A stretch of 61,256 nucleotides of DNA, filler included, from a bacterium (GCA_041690355.1; 4 parts of 4 records of this genome joined end to end with filler, not necessarily neighbours in it), one strand, 5' to 3'. Shown: positions 9,106-20,353, counted from the first letter of the whole stretch. Translations and numbers: made by a program. Notes: generated by a model not told the origin, from the sequence alone.

Positions 9106-9933
9106 TCAGGCGGGAACCGGGCCGTCCTTCACGATGCCGAACGGCGTGCGCGTGCGGCGCAGGCGGCGGGTCTCGGCGCGGATGGCATCATTCCGCGCGA
9201 TCATCTCGGGGCGCACGTAGCCGCGGCCGTGGTCCAAGTGGACACAGACAGCACTGTAGCGGATCTGGGTGGACTTGAGTCCCGCGTTCCACAACCGTTC
9301 CCCCAATTCGCGGTCTTCACCGCCGTACTGCATGCGCTCATCGAATCCGTTGGCGGCGACGAGGTCGGCCTTCCACCCCGAGGCGTTATGCCCGTTCCAC
9401 GTCGGTTTCGTGGTCGTCACGGCGTTGAGGAACCGGGCGCCCGCGCCGCGCGCCGCCAGCTTGGCGATCTTCGGCGTGAAGGGTAGGCCGTGCGCGCGCA
9501 GCCAGGCAGGCCGGAATGCGTCGCCCGTGCGGATATCCTCGCGGGTGATCGCCTGGCTCGTGGCAAGGGGAAGCTTGAAGTAGCCGCCGGAAAGGAAGCG
9601 GCCGGGGCGCGCATGGGCGGCGTGCACGGCCACGAAGTCGCCGCGAGGGATGCAGTCGCCGTCGGAGAAGATCAGATAGTCTCCTCCACACGCGACAATG
9701 GCCTTGTTCAGAATGCGCGTCTTCTGGAAGCCGTCGTCTTCCTGCCAGACGTGCAGGACGCGGCGCTCCGATTCCGCCTCGAAGCGCGCGATGCGCTCAC
9801 GGGTCGCGGGACCGGAGCCGTCATCGGCCACGACGAGCTCGAAATCCGCATGGGTCTGCAAGGCATACCCCCACAGAACCTTCTCGAGCCAGTCGGGCTG
9901 ATTGTAGGTGCTCAGGATGACGGAGATGCGCAC
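9106..9933 (-). CDS. Glycosyltransferase family 2
   Basis: ISVILSTYN, VADDGS, DGDCIP, GFDERM..YGGED. Confidence 0.92.
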   Translation of the reverse strand: MRISVILSTYNQPDWLEKVLWGYALQTHADFELVVADDGSGPATRERIARFEAESERRVLHVWQEDDGFQKTRILNKAIVACGGDYLIFSDGDCIPRGDFVAVHAAHARPGRFLSGGYFKLPLATSQAITREDIRTGDAFRPAWLRAHGLPFTPKIAKLAARGAGARFLNAVTTTKPTWNGHNASGWKADLVAANGFDERMQYGGEDRELGERLWNAGLKSTQIRYSAVCVHLDHGRGYVRPEMIARNDAIRAETRRLRRTRTPFGIVKDGPVPA

Positions 9934-9957
9934 GGCTGCGCGGAGCCGAAGCTCCGC

Positions 9958-10410
9958 TTAGAACGGGATGTCGTCGTCGGCGACCACCGGATCGGCCGGG
10001 CCGACCCCGCCGCCGCTGTAGCTGCGCGATCCGCCGCCGCCGCCGTACGAGCCGGCGTCGTCGCGCGCGCCGCCCCCCTTCGAGGAGAGGAAGACGACTT
10101 CACGCGCGTTGATTTCGGTCGTGCGCCGCTTGATGCCGTCCTTGTCGTCGTATTCGCGGGTCTGCAGGCGGCCCTCGATGTAGACCTGGCCCCCCTTCTG
10201 CAGGTACTGCCCGCAGAGTTCGGCCAGCTTGCCCCAGGCGACGATGTTGTGCCACTCGGTGCGCTCTTCGGCCTGCCCGCTCTTGCCCGTCCACTTTTCG
10301 TTCGTGGCGATGGAGAACGAGGCCACCGAGTTGCCGTTACCGGTCGTGCGCACTTCGGGATCTTTCCCGAGACGACCGACAAGAATCACTTTGTTTACGC
10401 TGTTTGCCAT
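9958..10410 (-). CDS. ssb: Single-stranded DNA-binding protein
   Basis: [20 protein letters not shown]-terminal DDDIPF. Confidence 0.98.
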   Translation of the reverse strand: MANSVNKVILVGRLGKDPEVRTTGNGNSVASFSIATNEKWTGKSGQAEERTEWHNIVAWGKLAELCGQYLQKGGQVYIEGRLQTREYDDKDGIKRRTTEINAREVVFLSSKGGGARDDAGSYGGGGGSRSYSGGGVGPADPVVADDDIPF

Positions 10411-10693
10411 AACCCATCCATTGAGAAGGCTTCATTCTAACAGGCCGGGGGGCGGTGCTCCACCGACAATTACGGCGCCAGTTACCGTCCATGGACGGCG
10501 GTCACTGCCGGGGGAAAAGAGGGCCCTTGCGCCGCCTGTTTCCGTTCAGGATACGCCGACACACGGACAGCGTTTGTCTCAGGCGGCAGCGGGAAATTGA
10601 CAGAGGCGCACCGGAGTGACACCATCGTGCGCAGGCCCGTTCCCCTTCCTTCCGCACACGTCGGGGGGAATGCAGGCGCCTGTGGAGTTCCCC

Positions 10694-11635
10694 ATGTCCC
10701 TGCGAATCGTCTTTCTCGATCGCGCCACCGTGCGCGCGGATTTCGTCCCGCCCCCCGGAGACGCCTGGGTCGATTACGACTTCACCGCGCCGTCCGAAAC
10801 GGCCGCCCGCCTGGCCGATGCCGACGTCGCCGTCACCAACAAGGTGCGCATCGGCGAGAACGAACTCGATGCCGCCCCACGCCTCAAACTGATTGTCGCC
10901 GCGGCCACGGGCACCGACCACATCGATCTCGCCGCCTGCAGGGCGCGGGGGGTCACCGTCTGCAACGCGCGCGGGTACGCGACCGAAAGCGTGGCGGAAC
11001 ATGTCTTTCTGCTGCTGCTCGCCCTGCGCCGCCAGCTGATCCCCTACCGCGAAGCCGTGCAGGTGGGCGCCTGGTCGCGCTCGCGCTCCTTCGCGCTGAT
11101 CGATCCGCCGCTGCTCGATCTGGCGGGCGCCACGCTGGCCCTCGTCGGCTACGGCGCCCTGGGAAAGGCGGTGGAACTTCGCGCGCGCGCCTTCGGCATG
11201 CACGTCCTGATTGCGGAACGACGCGGACAGCCGCCGCGCGAGGGACGGGTCGGCTTTGAGGAAGCCTTGCGGAAGGCGGATGCGGTCACGGTGCACGCGC
11301 CGCTCACGGCCGAAACGCGGGACCTCATCGGTTCCGCCGAGCTCGCGCAAATGAAGCGCGAGGCGATCCTCGTGAACGTGGCCCGCGGGGGCATCGTAGA
11401 TGAGGCGGCGCTCCTCGCTGCTGTGCAAGGGGGAACCATCGCGGGCGCCGGCGTCGACGTGCTGACCGTAGAGCCGCCGCCGGCGGATCATCCACTCGTT
11501 TCCACAACGCTCCCCAACCTGCTCGTCACGCCGCACCACGCCTGGGCGAGCCGCCGCGCCATGCAGAACCTGGCCGATCAGGTGGTCGAGAATATCCGGC
11601 AGTGGAAAGCGGGAGAGCCGGTGCGGGTGGTGTAG
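10694..11635 (+). CDS. D-2-hydroxyacid dehydrogenase (glycerate dehydrogenase/HPR-like)
   Basis: ATGTDHID, GYGALG, NVARG, DVL..EPP, TPHHAW; GGAG RBS before ATG 10694. Confidence 0.92.
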   Translation: MSLRIVFLDRATVRADFVPPPGDAWVDYDFTAPSETAARLADADVAVTNKVRIGENELDAAPRLKLIVAAATGTDHIDLAACRARGVTVCNARGYATESVAEHVFLLLLALRRQLIPYREAVQVGAWSRSRSFALIDPPLLDLAGATLALVGYGALGKAVELRARAFGMHVLIAERRGQPPREGRVGFEEALRKADAVTVHAPLTAETRDLIGSAELAQMKREAILVNVARGGIVDEAALLAAVQGGTIAGAGVDVLTVEPPPADHPLVSTTLPNLLVTPHHAWASRRAMQNLADQVVENIRQWKAGEPVRVV

Positions 11636-11700
11636 GGGCGCGCCCGCCTCATCCCACCGACGCCATTGAATCGCGTCGAGTCTCCGCAGCGCGAGAGCAA

Positions 11701-12030
11701 ATGCGGGAGGAGGCACGGCGGCAGGCGGCCCAGCTCATCATCGACGGCGACGTGCTCTATGAGGAGCAAAGGCTTGTTGCCGCGGCGGAGAAATATCTAG
11801 CAGCTATTCAGCTCGATGCGTACAACCGGTTCGAGCCCGCAAATGAGCGGCTAGGCAAAGTGCGCCCCAACATTCGGGCGTTCGAAGTCAAGGACTATGA
11901 GCAGGCGAAACGCATTTCCCCCTGGCCAACGTTCAACAACCAGACAGCGTACCTCCTCTCGGTTTCACCAGCCAAAGCAAAGGGTGAGTTTGTCTTTGTA
12001 GGCGTTCAGGTGATTCAGAATTTTGACTAG
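11701..12030 (+). CDS. Hypothetical protein, possibly a gene fragment
   Basis: Open frame with lower GC than its neighbours; start uncertain. Confidence 0.3.
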   Translation: MREEARRQAAQLIIDGDVLYEEQRLVAAAEKYLAAIQLDAYNRFEPANERLGKVRPNIRAFEVKDYEQAKRISPWPTFNNQTAYLLSVSPAKAKGEFVFVGVQVIQNFD

Positions 12031-12061
12031 CATCCACGACCGGTGCTAGTATGTTGCCCGA

Positions 12062-13056
12062 ATGCGCCGTTCCGTAAGCAGAGCCGGTGTTGAAGAAAAG
12101 CAGCTGCCCATCAGCGGCATACAACTCAACTACGCCGAAGGTCCGATCAATGGGCCTCCCTTGCTGCTCATCCCCGGGCAGATCATGTGCTGGGAGAGTT
12201 ACGAGAAGGTGCTTCCTGCGCTGGCAAAGCGGTTTCACGTGTACGCGGTAGATATTCGTGGACATGGCAAGACGTCGCGCACGCCCGGCGACTACTCGTT
12301 CAGCACCATCGGACGCGATCTTGCCGCCCTACTCGCAACGATGGAGTCTCCTGCCATTGTTTCAGGCAACTCGTCGGGCGGCCTGTTAGCCGTATGGCTC
12401 GCGGCCAACGCCCCGGAACGGGTGCGAGCCATCGTTCCCGAGGACCCGCCGCTTTTCAGCACCGAATGGCCGCGGCTGCGCGACGACTGCTACGTCTCAT
12501 GGTTCGCCGATCTTGTTGTAAGGCACCTCGACGCCCCTGCCGGGCGCGACATCGCCGGAATCTTCGCTGAACTCGAGGTGCCTACGGAGGGCAGCAAGCG
12601 CATCATCAAGCTGCCGAGGCCGGTCAGCCGCCTCCTCGCGTTGCTGCTCCAACACTATGAGCGCAAGAGCCGCGACGGTGTCGTCGAGATCCGCTTTCTG
12701 CCGGCCCAGTTGCGGGTGCTCATCAAGTCGCTTTCGATGTACGACCCCGCGTTCGCGCGGATGTGCTTCAGCGGCGCGGGTATCGACTTCGATCAAGCCG
12801 AGACTTTGCGGCGCGTGCGATGCCCCATGCTCCTGATGCACGCGAACTGGTTTCGCGACGCCAAGTTCGGCCTTGTGGGCGCGATGGACGACAGCGACGT
12901 CAAGCGTGTTCGTGAGGCTGTTCCTCACAGCGAGTACTTCAGCGAACCGACGGGGCACACCATTCACCTGGAGAAGCCGGCGGTTTTTTTGCGCGAGCTG
13001 ATTCGGTTTGCCGACTCGCTGCCAAGCCAGAGCGGCGGCCCTACGGCGCACATTCC
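12062..13056 (+). CDS. Alpha/beta hydrolase, runs into the linker
   Basis: LLIPG, DIRGHG, GNSSGG nucleophile elbow, GHTIH. Confidence 0.85.
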
Positions 13057-13156
13057 NNNNNNNNNNNNNNNNNNNNNNNNNNNNNNNNNNNNNNNNNNNN
13101 TTAATTAATTAANNNNNNNNNNNNNNNNNNNNNNNNNNNNNNNNNNNNNNNNNNNN
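13057..13156. other. Artificial contig linker
   Basis: N44-TTAATTAATTAA-N44, giving stops in all six frames. Confidence 0.98.
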
Positions 13157-13158
13157 GC

Positions 13159-14538
13159 TCCTTCAACTTCATGCTCGATAACCTGCGCGAGCTCTTCTCC
13201 CGGATCCAGACGGCCAGCCTGAGCCTCTCGGAGGTCACCGGCAAGCTCAGTCACGCCAGCCGCGAAGTGCACGAAGGGGCAAGCACGCAGGGCGTATCCA
13301 TCGAAGACATGAGCACGTTCATCAAGGAGATGAACAACGCGCTGCTCGAAACCCGCGAACAGACCGATCAGCTCTCGGTCTCGGCCGTCGAAAGCTCGAC
13401 CTCCATTGCCGAAATGAGCGCGACCATCAATCAGGTCGACGGCTCGATGGAGACGCTCAATGAGAGCGTGCGCGAAACCAAACTCTCCATCGACGAGATC
13501 GCCGCTTCGATTCGCGAGGTTTCGACCAACGTGGCGCGGCTCACCGAGGCGGCCAACGAGACGGCGACCTCGATGACCGAAATCGACAGTTCGGTGAAGC
13601 AGGTCGAGAGCAATTCCCGCGAAACGACCGCTCTGTCCGAAAAGGTCAAACAGGACGCCGAACGCGGACGCGAGAGCGTCCAGAAGACCATCGAGGGGAT
13701 CAATAAGATCCGCGTGTCTTCGCTCGAAATCGACAAGGTCATCGGCAGCCTCGACGAAAAGACCAGCCGCATCGGCAACATCCTGAACGTCATCGACGAC
13801 ATCGCCGACCAGACGAACCTGCTGGCCCTGAATGCCGCCATCACGGCCGCGCAGGCGGGCGAGCAGGGGAGGGCGTTCACGGTTGTAGCCGATGAGATCA
13901 AGGAGCTGGCCGAGCGCACGACGAAGTCGACCCGCGAGATCTCGGATCTCATCCTTTCGGTTCAGGACGAAAGCCGCCGGGCCGTGCAGGCGATGGATCT
14001 CGGAAACCGGAACATCGAGGCGGGCGTGCGGCTGGCCAATGCCGCGGGCGAGGCCCTGGAGCAGATCTACGACAGCGCCGAGCGCAGCTCGTCGATGGTG
14101 ACGGCCATCAGCCGCGCGACGAACGAGCAGGCCAAGGGGAGCCATCAGGTCACGATGGCCATCAACCAGATCTCCGATATGTCCGGCAAGATCAGCCGCG
14201 CCATGGAGGAGCAGAAATCCCGCAGCCAGCAGATCGCCGACGCCGCCGAGCGCATGAAGCAGATCGCCGAGCAGGTGAAACGCACGACGCGCGAGCAGAG
14301 CCAGGGGAGCCGCTTCATCAATACGGCCATCGAAACCATCAATGCGAGCATCGGCCGCATCGCCCAGAATGCCGAAGAACAGACCCACGGCAGCGGACGG
14401 ATCGTGCGCAGCGTCGACACGATCCGTGAGATTGCCAACCGCAATCAGAACAACGTCGCCAAGGTCGAAGAGGTCACCGAGGTCCTGAAACGGCAGACAG
14501 AGACGTTGATGGAACTCGTCCGAAGATTTAAACTGTAG
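13159..14538 (+). CDS. Methyl-accepting chemotaxis protein, long (about 64-heptad) cytoplasmic domain, 5' partial
   Basis: [40 protein letters not shown] hairpin; about 230 aa before and 224 aa after the tip. Confidence 0.95.
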   Translation, partial: SFNFMLDNLRELFSRIQTASLSLSEVTGKLSHASREVHEGASTQGVSIEDMSTFIKEMNNALLETREQTDQLSVSAVESSTSIAEMSATINQVDGSMETLNESVRETKLSIDEIAASIREVSTNVARLTEAANETATSMTEIDSSVKQVESNSRETTALSEKVKQDAERGRESVQKTIEGINKIRVSSLEIDKVIGSLDEKTSRIGNILNVIDDIADQTNLLALNAAITAAQAGEQGRAFTVVADEIKELAERTTKSTREISDLILSVQDESRRAVQAMDLGNRNIEAGVRLANAAGEALEQIYDSAERSSSMVTAISRATNEQAKGSHQVTMAINQISDMSGKISRAMEEQKSRSQQIADAAERMKQIAEQVKRTTREQSQGSRFINTAIETINASIGRIAQNAEEQTHGSGRIVRSVDTIREIANRNQNNVAKVEEVTEVLKRQTETLMELVRRFKL

Positions 14539-14570
14539 CTTACAAGCCGCACCACGCAGGAAACGGACCT

Positions 14571-15614
14571 ATGATCGTCAAGTGCCCAAGTTGCGAAGCC
14601 AAGTACAAACTCGACCCCGCGAAGCTCTCGTCGCCCGAGCCGAAGATCCGCTGCAAGAAGTGCGGCAACGTGTTCAAAGCCGTGGATGAGGCGGCCGCCA
14701 GGCCCGCCGCTCCGGCCGCTCCGCCGGCTCCGCCCCCGACGCCCCCGGCCGCCCCGGCCTCCGCGGCTCCGGCCCCCACGCCCGCCCCCTCGCCGGCGCC
14801 GGCCCCCGCCCCCGCTGCGGGCGGCAGCCCTGTCGTGGTCGTGGCCCACGAGAGCCCAGAAGTGACCGGAATGGTTGAGGAATTGCTCGGCGAGGCCGGC
14901 TACTCGGTCGTCCGGGCTCACGATGGCGTGCATGCCCTGATGGAGATCGAGCAGCGCCGCCCGGCCGTGGCCATCCTCGACGTCGCCTTGCCCAAGATGT
15001 TCGGGTTCGAGGTGGTCGAGGTCGTGCGCCGCGACAAAGCCCTGGACACGACCAAGCTTCTCCTGATTGCCGCCATCTACGACAAGACGCGCTACAAGCG
15101 CTCGCCCGTCAACCTCTATGGCGCCGACGATTACGTCGAGAAGCATCAGATTCCCGAAACCGTCGTCGACAAGGTCAAGGGGCTCATCGGTGACGCGCCT
15201 GCCGTCGCGCCCGTTGCGGCGCCCGCCGCCGCAGCTCCTGCGCCGGTCCCCACGCCAGCCCCCACGCCGGCGGCGGCGCCGGCCGCCGCACCTGTTCCTG
15301 CGAGCACTCCGACGGCGTCCGCCGGCGCCTTCGACGAATCGTCGTTGACTCCGCAGGAGAAAGAGGATCACGAGAAGGCCAAGCGCCTCGCCCGGATCAT
15401 TGTTTCAGACGTGGCTCTCTACAATCCCGAAGCCCTCGTCGAGGGGCTCAAGCAGGGCAACGCGCTCGAAGCGCTCAGCGGAGACATTGAAGAGGGCCGC
15501 AAGCTCTTTCATCAGCGCGTGCCCGCCTCGGTGCGCGACAAGTTCGACTACCTGGCCCACGCCCTCGAAGACCTTTTCGAGAAGAAGCGGAAAGAGCTCG
15601 GACTTGCATCGTGA
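14571..15614 (+). CDS. Zinc-ribbon (MJ0042-type) plus receiver domain protein
   Basis: CPSC...CKKC, Pro/Ala linkers, AILDVALPKMFG receiver, C-terminal AKRLARIIVSD helical domain. Confidence 0.85.
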   Translation: MIVKCPSCEAKYKLDPAKLSSPEPKIRCKKCGNVFKAVDEAAARPAAPAAPPAPPPTPPAAPASAAPAPTPAPSPAPAPAPAAGGSPVVVVAHESPEVTGMVEELLGEAGYSVVRAHDGVHALMEIEQRRPAVAILDVALPKMFGFEVVEVVRRDKALDTTKLLLIAAIYDKTRYKRSPVNLYGADDYVEKHQIPETVVDKVKGLIGDAPAVAPVAAPAAAAPAPVPTPAPTPAAAPAAAPVPASTPTASAGAFDESSLTPQEKEDHEKAKRLARIIVSDVALYNPEALVEGLKQGNALEALSGDIEEGRKLFHQRVPASVRDKFDYLAHALEDLFEKKRKELGLAS

Positions 15615-17572
15615 CCCAGCCGCGGCCCGACCGTGCAGAGACCGACCGCTATGATGCGGCCCTGGCGCTGGAGGGGCTCGCTTTACCCGGGATTCTCGAC
15701 GCGGCCAGGCCTCTGCTGAGCGATGAGTCGTGGCGCGTGCGCAGGGCCGCCTGGGAGTCGCTCGCCAAGGTCTGCACCGGGCCGGTCGGCCGCGACGCGC
15801 TCGTCGAGTTTCTCCTGTCACAGCTCGAAACTTCCGAAGACGAGCGCGAGCGCGCCAGTCTTCTCGACGCTCTCACGACGCTCGCCCGCGAAGGCGCGGC
15901 CGCCATGGTCGCCTCGCTCTCCCGCCGCAGCGCGCGGGGTAGAAAATTCGTGCTCGACGTCCTCGCCGGTATCGAGGACCCGGCCGTCTGTCCGGCCGCC
16001 CGCGCCCTGCTCGATGATCCTGACGAGAACACCGCCTTTGCGGCGGCCGAGGTGCTGGGGGCCTCGGGCGACGCCGCCGACGCCGAGCATCTGCTGAGCC
16101 GGGCCGGCGGCAATCGGGCGCTTACGTTTGCGGTGCTCTCTGCCGTAGCCGCGATTGCCCGGCGGCATCCGGTGACCCTTGACCCGGCCGTGGTGCGCCC
16201 GGCCCTCGACGATGCCATTACGGCGCTGCCCGTGCTGCAGCTGCTGGGGGCCACCGGTGACGAAGCTTCGGTCGAGCTCCTCCGCGCGCACCTGCGCGTC
16301 GGGCCGACGCTCGAGCCGGCCATCCTGGCGCTGCGCGAGCTGCTCACGCGCATGCCCCGCCTGATTCCGCCGCTCGAGAACGCCGAGGGGGATGTCCTGT
16401 TGCAGCGGGCAGCCCTGCCCACCGCGCGGACGGACGTCCGCCGCGCCGTGTTCACGATAATGGCCCGCTGCCTGCCGCAACGCCTGCGCGAAGCCTGCGA
16501 CGCTCTGGTCGACGAAGATCCGCTCTGGGTCGGAGACCAGCTTGCCGAACAGCCGGATTCCATCCTGCGCGGCCTTCTCTCGCCGCTGGCGGAATGGAGT
16601 GCAGGACGCGTCGCCGTCGCACGCGTGCTCGCGCGGCGCCCCGACCTCGAAGGCGAGGCGCTGCTGCTTTCGCTGGTCAGCCAGATGGGCACCCATCAAC
16701 CCGAGGCCATCGAAGCGCTCGGGCAGATCGGATCGGCGCGCTGCGTTCCCCATCTCCTGCCGACTACGATCGCCGACGAGCAGTCGGCCGAGGTAGCCGT
16801 GGGCGCTCTGCTGCGCCTCATCCGGCGCGGCGTCCCGGGTGCCGCCGAGGCGCTGCTGCGCGCCGTTCCCGGGTTGGACTCCCATGGCCTTGCTCGCGTG
16901 CTGCCGGCAGTCGCCGCTATCGGCAGCCCGGAGTCTTCTGCGGTCGTCGAGCAGGCCCTGCGGGATTCGGACGGCGAGCAACGGCGCGCGGCCGTCTATG
17001 CGCTTCGGTTCGGCGGGGGAGCGGTGTTCGAAGCCGCGCTGGTCGCGCGTCTGGCTGACGAGTCTGACGAGGTCCGGGCGGCGGCGGCGACCGTCGTGGG
17101 CGAACTCGGCCTGCAGCGGGCCGTCGAAGCGCTGAAGGTCCTGCTCGACGACGAGAGCCCCTGGGTGCAGGCCAGCGCCGTCCGGGCGCTGGCGGCGCTC
17201 GGCGAACCCCTGTCGCCCGATCTGCTGATCGAGTTGCTCAGCCGGGGGGGTATCGTCGCCGCCGAGGTGGCGCACGTCGTGGGCGAACGCATCGATGAGA
17301 ACGCCTTCCCGCGGCTGGTGGCCGCGCTGGGGGAACTTGAAGACGACGCCCTCGCCGAACTGATCCGCTCGCTCGCCGGCTACGCGCAGGAGATTCCGCG
17401 CGAGGAGGCCGACAGACTGCTTGGGCACCGCGCGTGGTCGGTGCGGGCGGCCGTCGCCGGCTATCTCGCCGGACGGGCGATGCCCTGGATGCGCGAGCTG
17501 GCGCGCACGCGGCTGGGAACCGAGGCCGACGCGCTCGTGCGCTTCAGGCTCGAAGAGGCAGCCCGGGGATAA
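15611..17572 (+). CDS. HEAT-repeat protein
   Basis: Repeated LxDxxxxVRxAA motifs (LSDESWRVRRAA, LADESDEVRAAA, LDDESPWVQASA). Confidence 0.85.
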   Translation: MTQPRPDRAETDRYDAALALEGLALPGILDAARPLLSDESWRVRRAAWESLAKVCTGPVGRDALVEFLLSQLETSEDERERASLLDALTTLAREGAAAMVASLSRRSARGRKFVLDVLAGIEDPAVCPAARALLDDPDENTAFAAAEVLGASGDAADAEHLLSRAGGNRALTFAVLSAVAAIARRHPVTLDPAVVRPALDDAITALPVLQLLGATGDEASVELLRAHLRVGPTLEPAILALRELLTRMPRLIPPLENAEGDVLLQRAALPTARTDVRRAVFTIMARCLPQRLREACDALVDEDPLWVGDQLAEQPDSILRGLLSPLAEWSAGRVAVARVLARRPDLEGEALLLSLVSQMGTHQPEAIEALGQIGSARCVPHLLPTTIADEQSAEVAVGALLRLIRRGVPGAAEALLRAVPGLDSHGLARVLPAVAAIGSPESSAVVEQALRDSDGEQRRAAVYALRFGGGAVFEAALVARLADESDEVRAAAATVVGELGLQRAVEALKVLLDDESPWVQASAVRALAALGEPLSPDLLIELLSRGGIVAAEVAHVVGERIDENAFPRLVAALGELEDDALAELIRSLAGYAQEIPREEADRLLGHRAWSVRAAVAGYLAGRAMPWMRELARTRLGTEADALVRFRLEEAARG

Positions 17573-17573
17573 G

Positions 17574-18431
17574 ATGCTGTCGCCGGCAGCCGCCATCCGC
17601 ATCACGCCCGAAGAGTTCCGGCTCGTTCAGGAGCTGATCCGTCAGCACTGCGGACTGCACTTCGACGATCACAATCAGTATCTGATTGAAAGCCGCCTCT
17701 CGCCGCGGCTCCAGGCGCTGGGCCTGCGCACGTTCCGCGACTACTATCTCTACCTTCGCTTTCACAAGTCGCGCGAAGCCGAGCTCGAGCACCTCGTCAA
17801 CGTTCTGACGACGAACGAGACCTATTTCTTTCGTGAGCCGCAGCAGCTGCGGGCATTCACGCTCGAAGTTCTGCCGGCGCTGCGCGAAAAGAAGCTCGCC
17901 GCCGGGCAGCGCACTCTGCGCGTGTGGAGCGCCGGGTGTTCGAGCGGCGAAGAGCCCTATACGATTGCCATGCTCATCCTCGATTCGGGGCTCTTTTCGA
18001 GCTGGCAGGTCGAAATCGTGGGTACCGACATTTCACAGCGCGTTCTGCAGCTCGCTCGTCAGGGGGTCTATGGCTCGAGCTCATTCCGGGCCACGGAGCG
18101 CCACTATCTGGACCGCTATTTCGAGCCGAACGGAACCCGCTACCGCATCCGCGACTCGGTGCGCAGGCTGGTGAGTTTCGGCCACCTGAACCTGCTCGAC
18201 CAGCGCCGCTTGCGCTTGCTCGAGCCGGTCGACGTCATTTTCTGCCGCAACGTCATCATCTATTTCGACCAGGAGATCAAGCGCCAGGTCATCGACAGCT
18301 TCTACGATCGCCTGGTTCCCGGCGGCTACCTTCTGCTCGGGCATGCCGAAAGCCTGATCAACCTCAGCACGCGCTACGTCATGGCCCCGATGCGCCATGA
18401 CGTCGCTTATCAACGGCCGCCTCACGTATGA
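17574..18431 (+). CDS. cheR: Chemotaxis methyltransferase CheR
   Basis: TTNETYFFRE, VWSAGCSSGEEPY, IFCRNVIIYFD, LGHAES. Confidence 0.97.
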   Translation: MLSPAAAIRITPEEFRLVQELIRQHCGLHFDDHNQYLIESRLSPRLQALGLRTFRDYYLYLRFHKSREAELEHLVNVLTTNETYFFREPQQLRAFTLEVLPALREKKLAAGQRTLRVWSAGCSSGEEPYTIAMLILDSGLFSSWQVEIVGTDISQRVLQLARQGVYGSSSFRATERHYLDRYFEPNGTRYRIRDSVRRLVSFGHLNLLDQRRLRLLEPVDVIFCRNVIIYFDQEIKRQVIDSFYDRLVPGGYLLLGHAESLINLSTRYVMAPMRHDVAYQRPPHV

Positions 18432-19477
18432 CCCGCTCCCGAGTCCTCATCATCGACGATTCTGCCTACAACCGGACGACGCTGTCGCGCATCGTGGCTG
18501 CCGATCCGGAGTTCGAGGTGCTGCCGACCGCTTCAAACGGCGAAGAGGGACTGCGCCGGCTGCTCAGCGAGAAGCCCGACATCGTCACCCTCGACCTCGA
18601 CATGCCGCGCATGGACGGCTTCACGTTCCTGCGCATCGTCATGCAGAAGATGCCGGTCCCGGTCGTGGTCGTAAGCTCGCAGTCGACCGCCGAAAACGTT
18701 TTTCGCGCCCTCGAACTGGGCGCCATCGATTTCATTCCCAAGCCCACGAGCTCGATCAGCGAACGCCTGTCCGAGGTGGGCGAAGAACTTCTGACGAAGC
18801 TGAGGGCCGCACGCCGCAGTCGCACCCAGGCGATACGTCCGGCCGCCGAGGCGCCTTCTGAGCCGCGGGTGAAGCCGGTCATTCAGCAGGGGGTGACGGG
18901 ACTCGTCGTCATCGGCACATCGACCGGAGGCCCCGGAGCCCTGCAGCATCTTTTCTCGAACCTTCCGGTGCTGCCGGTCGGTTTCGTGGTGGCTCAGCAC
19001 ATGCCCGCCGGCTTCACGCGCACGTTCGCCGAACGCCTCGATCGTCTGAGCCCGTACCATGTATCCGAGGCCAGGGGGGGCGAAGAGATTGCGGCCGGGC
19101 ACGTCTTCATCGGGCCGGGCGGACGCAACATCCTCGTCAACCGCGGACGCACGGGGCTGCGGGTGCGGCTGCAGAATCCGGAGGGTGACCGGTACGTTCC
19201 CAGCGTCGATCGCCTCTTCACGTCGGCGGCGAAGGTCGGTCTGCCGACGCTCGCGCTCATTCTGACCGGCATGGGCGACGACGGCGCCGTCGGGGCGCAG
19301 GCTATCCGCGTCGAGGGGGGCACGCTGTTCGTCGAGAGCGAAGAGACCTGCATCGTGCACGGCATGCCCCGCGAGGCGGCGCGTCGGGCCGGAGCGCAGC
19401 GGGTCCTGCCGCTGGGCGACATCGCCCGCGCCATCGAGGGCTGGGTGCAGAACCTGCGACCCGGCGCCGCGACATAA
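18428..19477 (+). CDS. cheB: Chemotaxis methylesterase CheB (receiver + esterase)
   Basis: Receiver DLDMPRMDG; GTSTGGP, QHMP, PSVD, LTGMGDDG. Confidence 0.97.
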   Translation: MTRSRVLIIDDSAYNRTTLSRIVAADPEFEVLPTASNGEEGLRRLLSEKPDIVTLDLDMPRMDGFTFLRIVMQKMPVPVVVVSSQSTAENVFRALELGAIDFIPKPTSSISERLSEVGEELLTKLRAARRSRTQAIRPAAEAPSEPRVKPVIQQGVTGLVVIGTSTGGPGALQHLFSNLPVLPVGFVVAQHMPAGFTRTFAERLDRLSPYHVSEARGGEEIAAGHVFIGPGGRNILVNRGRTGLRVRLQNPEGDRYVPSVDRLFTSAAKVGLPTLALILTGMGDDGAVGAQAIRVEGGTLFVESEETCIVHGMPREAARRAGAQRVLPLGDIARAIEGWVQNLRPGAAT

Positions 19478-19533
19478 GTATTTGAAACCGTTCGCACGTC
19501 TGTGATATCAATAAGGGAGCCTCTGGTAACCCG

Positions 19534-20352
19534 ATGAGTGACGACAAAGAGAAGCTGTTGGTCCGCGGCGAAGAATTCCTCCAGGTCTTCAAGAAGGGAG
19601 CCGAATTCACGCAGGAACTCCTCAAGGAGAACGAGCGCCTGCGCTTTCGCACGGCTTCGCTCGAAGAAGAGAATCGCGCCCTGAAAGACAGCGGAGGCAG
19701 TTCAGACCACCTGCATTCGCTGCGCGCACAGCTCAAGCGGCTCGAAGAAGAGCTCGAGCAGATGCACAACCGGTTCCGCGAGACCGAGGCCGAGAACAAG
19801 GATTTCGCCCAGCGGTATGTGGAGATCGAAGAGGAGAACAACAACCTCGCGAATCTCTACATCGCCAGCTACCAGTTGCACAGCACGCTGAACTTCAAGG
19901 AAGTCCTGCAGATCATTCTCGAGATCGTCATCAATCTCGTGGGCGCCGAGCAGTTCGGCATTCTCCTGCTCGACGAGAAGACCCGCCAGCTGGCGCCCGT
20001 GGCCTCGGAGGGAATCGAGATCAGCGAGCTGCCGACCATTCAGCTCGGTAAGGGCGTGATTGGCGAAATCGCCCAGAATGGCGAAAATTACATCCGCAAG
20101 GATCTGGACGGGCCGGTAGACCTGCACCATCCGCTCGTGTGCATTCCGCTCAAGATCAAGGACCACATCATCGGCGTCATCGTGCTTTACAAGCTGCTCG
20201 AGCAGAAAAGCCAGTTCGCCGATGTCGATTACGAGCTGTTCACGCTGCTCGCGGGGCATGCGGCGACCGCCATCTTCAGTGCCCGCATGTACAGCGAGAG
20301 TGAGCGCAAGCTATCCACGATTCAGGGCTTCCTGGATCTGCTGACGAAGTGA
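19534..20352 (+). CDS. Coiled-coil plus GAF domain protein
   Basis: N-terminal heptads, then a GAF fold (GVIG, VCIPLKI, LLAGHAATAI). Confidence 0.85.
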   Translation: MSDDKEKLLVRGEEFLQVFKKGAEFTQELLKENERLRFRTASLEEENRALKDSGGSSDHLHSLRAQLKRLEEELEQMHNRFRETEAENKDFAQRYVEIEEENNNLANLYIASYQLHSTLNFKEVLQIILEIVINLVGAEQFGILLLDEKTRQLAPVASEGIEISELPTIQLGKGVIGEIAQNGENYIRKDLDGPVDLHHPLVCIPLKIKDHIIGVIVLYKLLEQKSQFADVDYELFTLLAGHAATAIFSARMYSESERKLSTIQGFLDLLTK

Positions 20353-20353
20353 C

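Noticed and set aside
13101-13112. TTAATTAATTAA within N runs (also in the other two gaps) as a biological motif
   Set aside because: The same 100-bp construct occurs three times; it is a synthetic six-frame-stop linker
14700-15330. GC-rich quasi-repeats
   Set aside because: They encode ordinary Pro/Ala linkers
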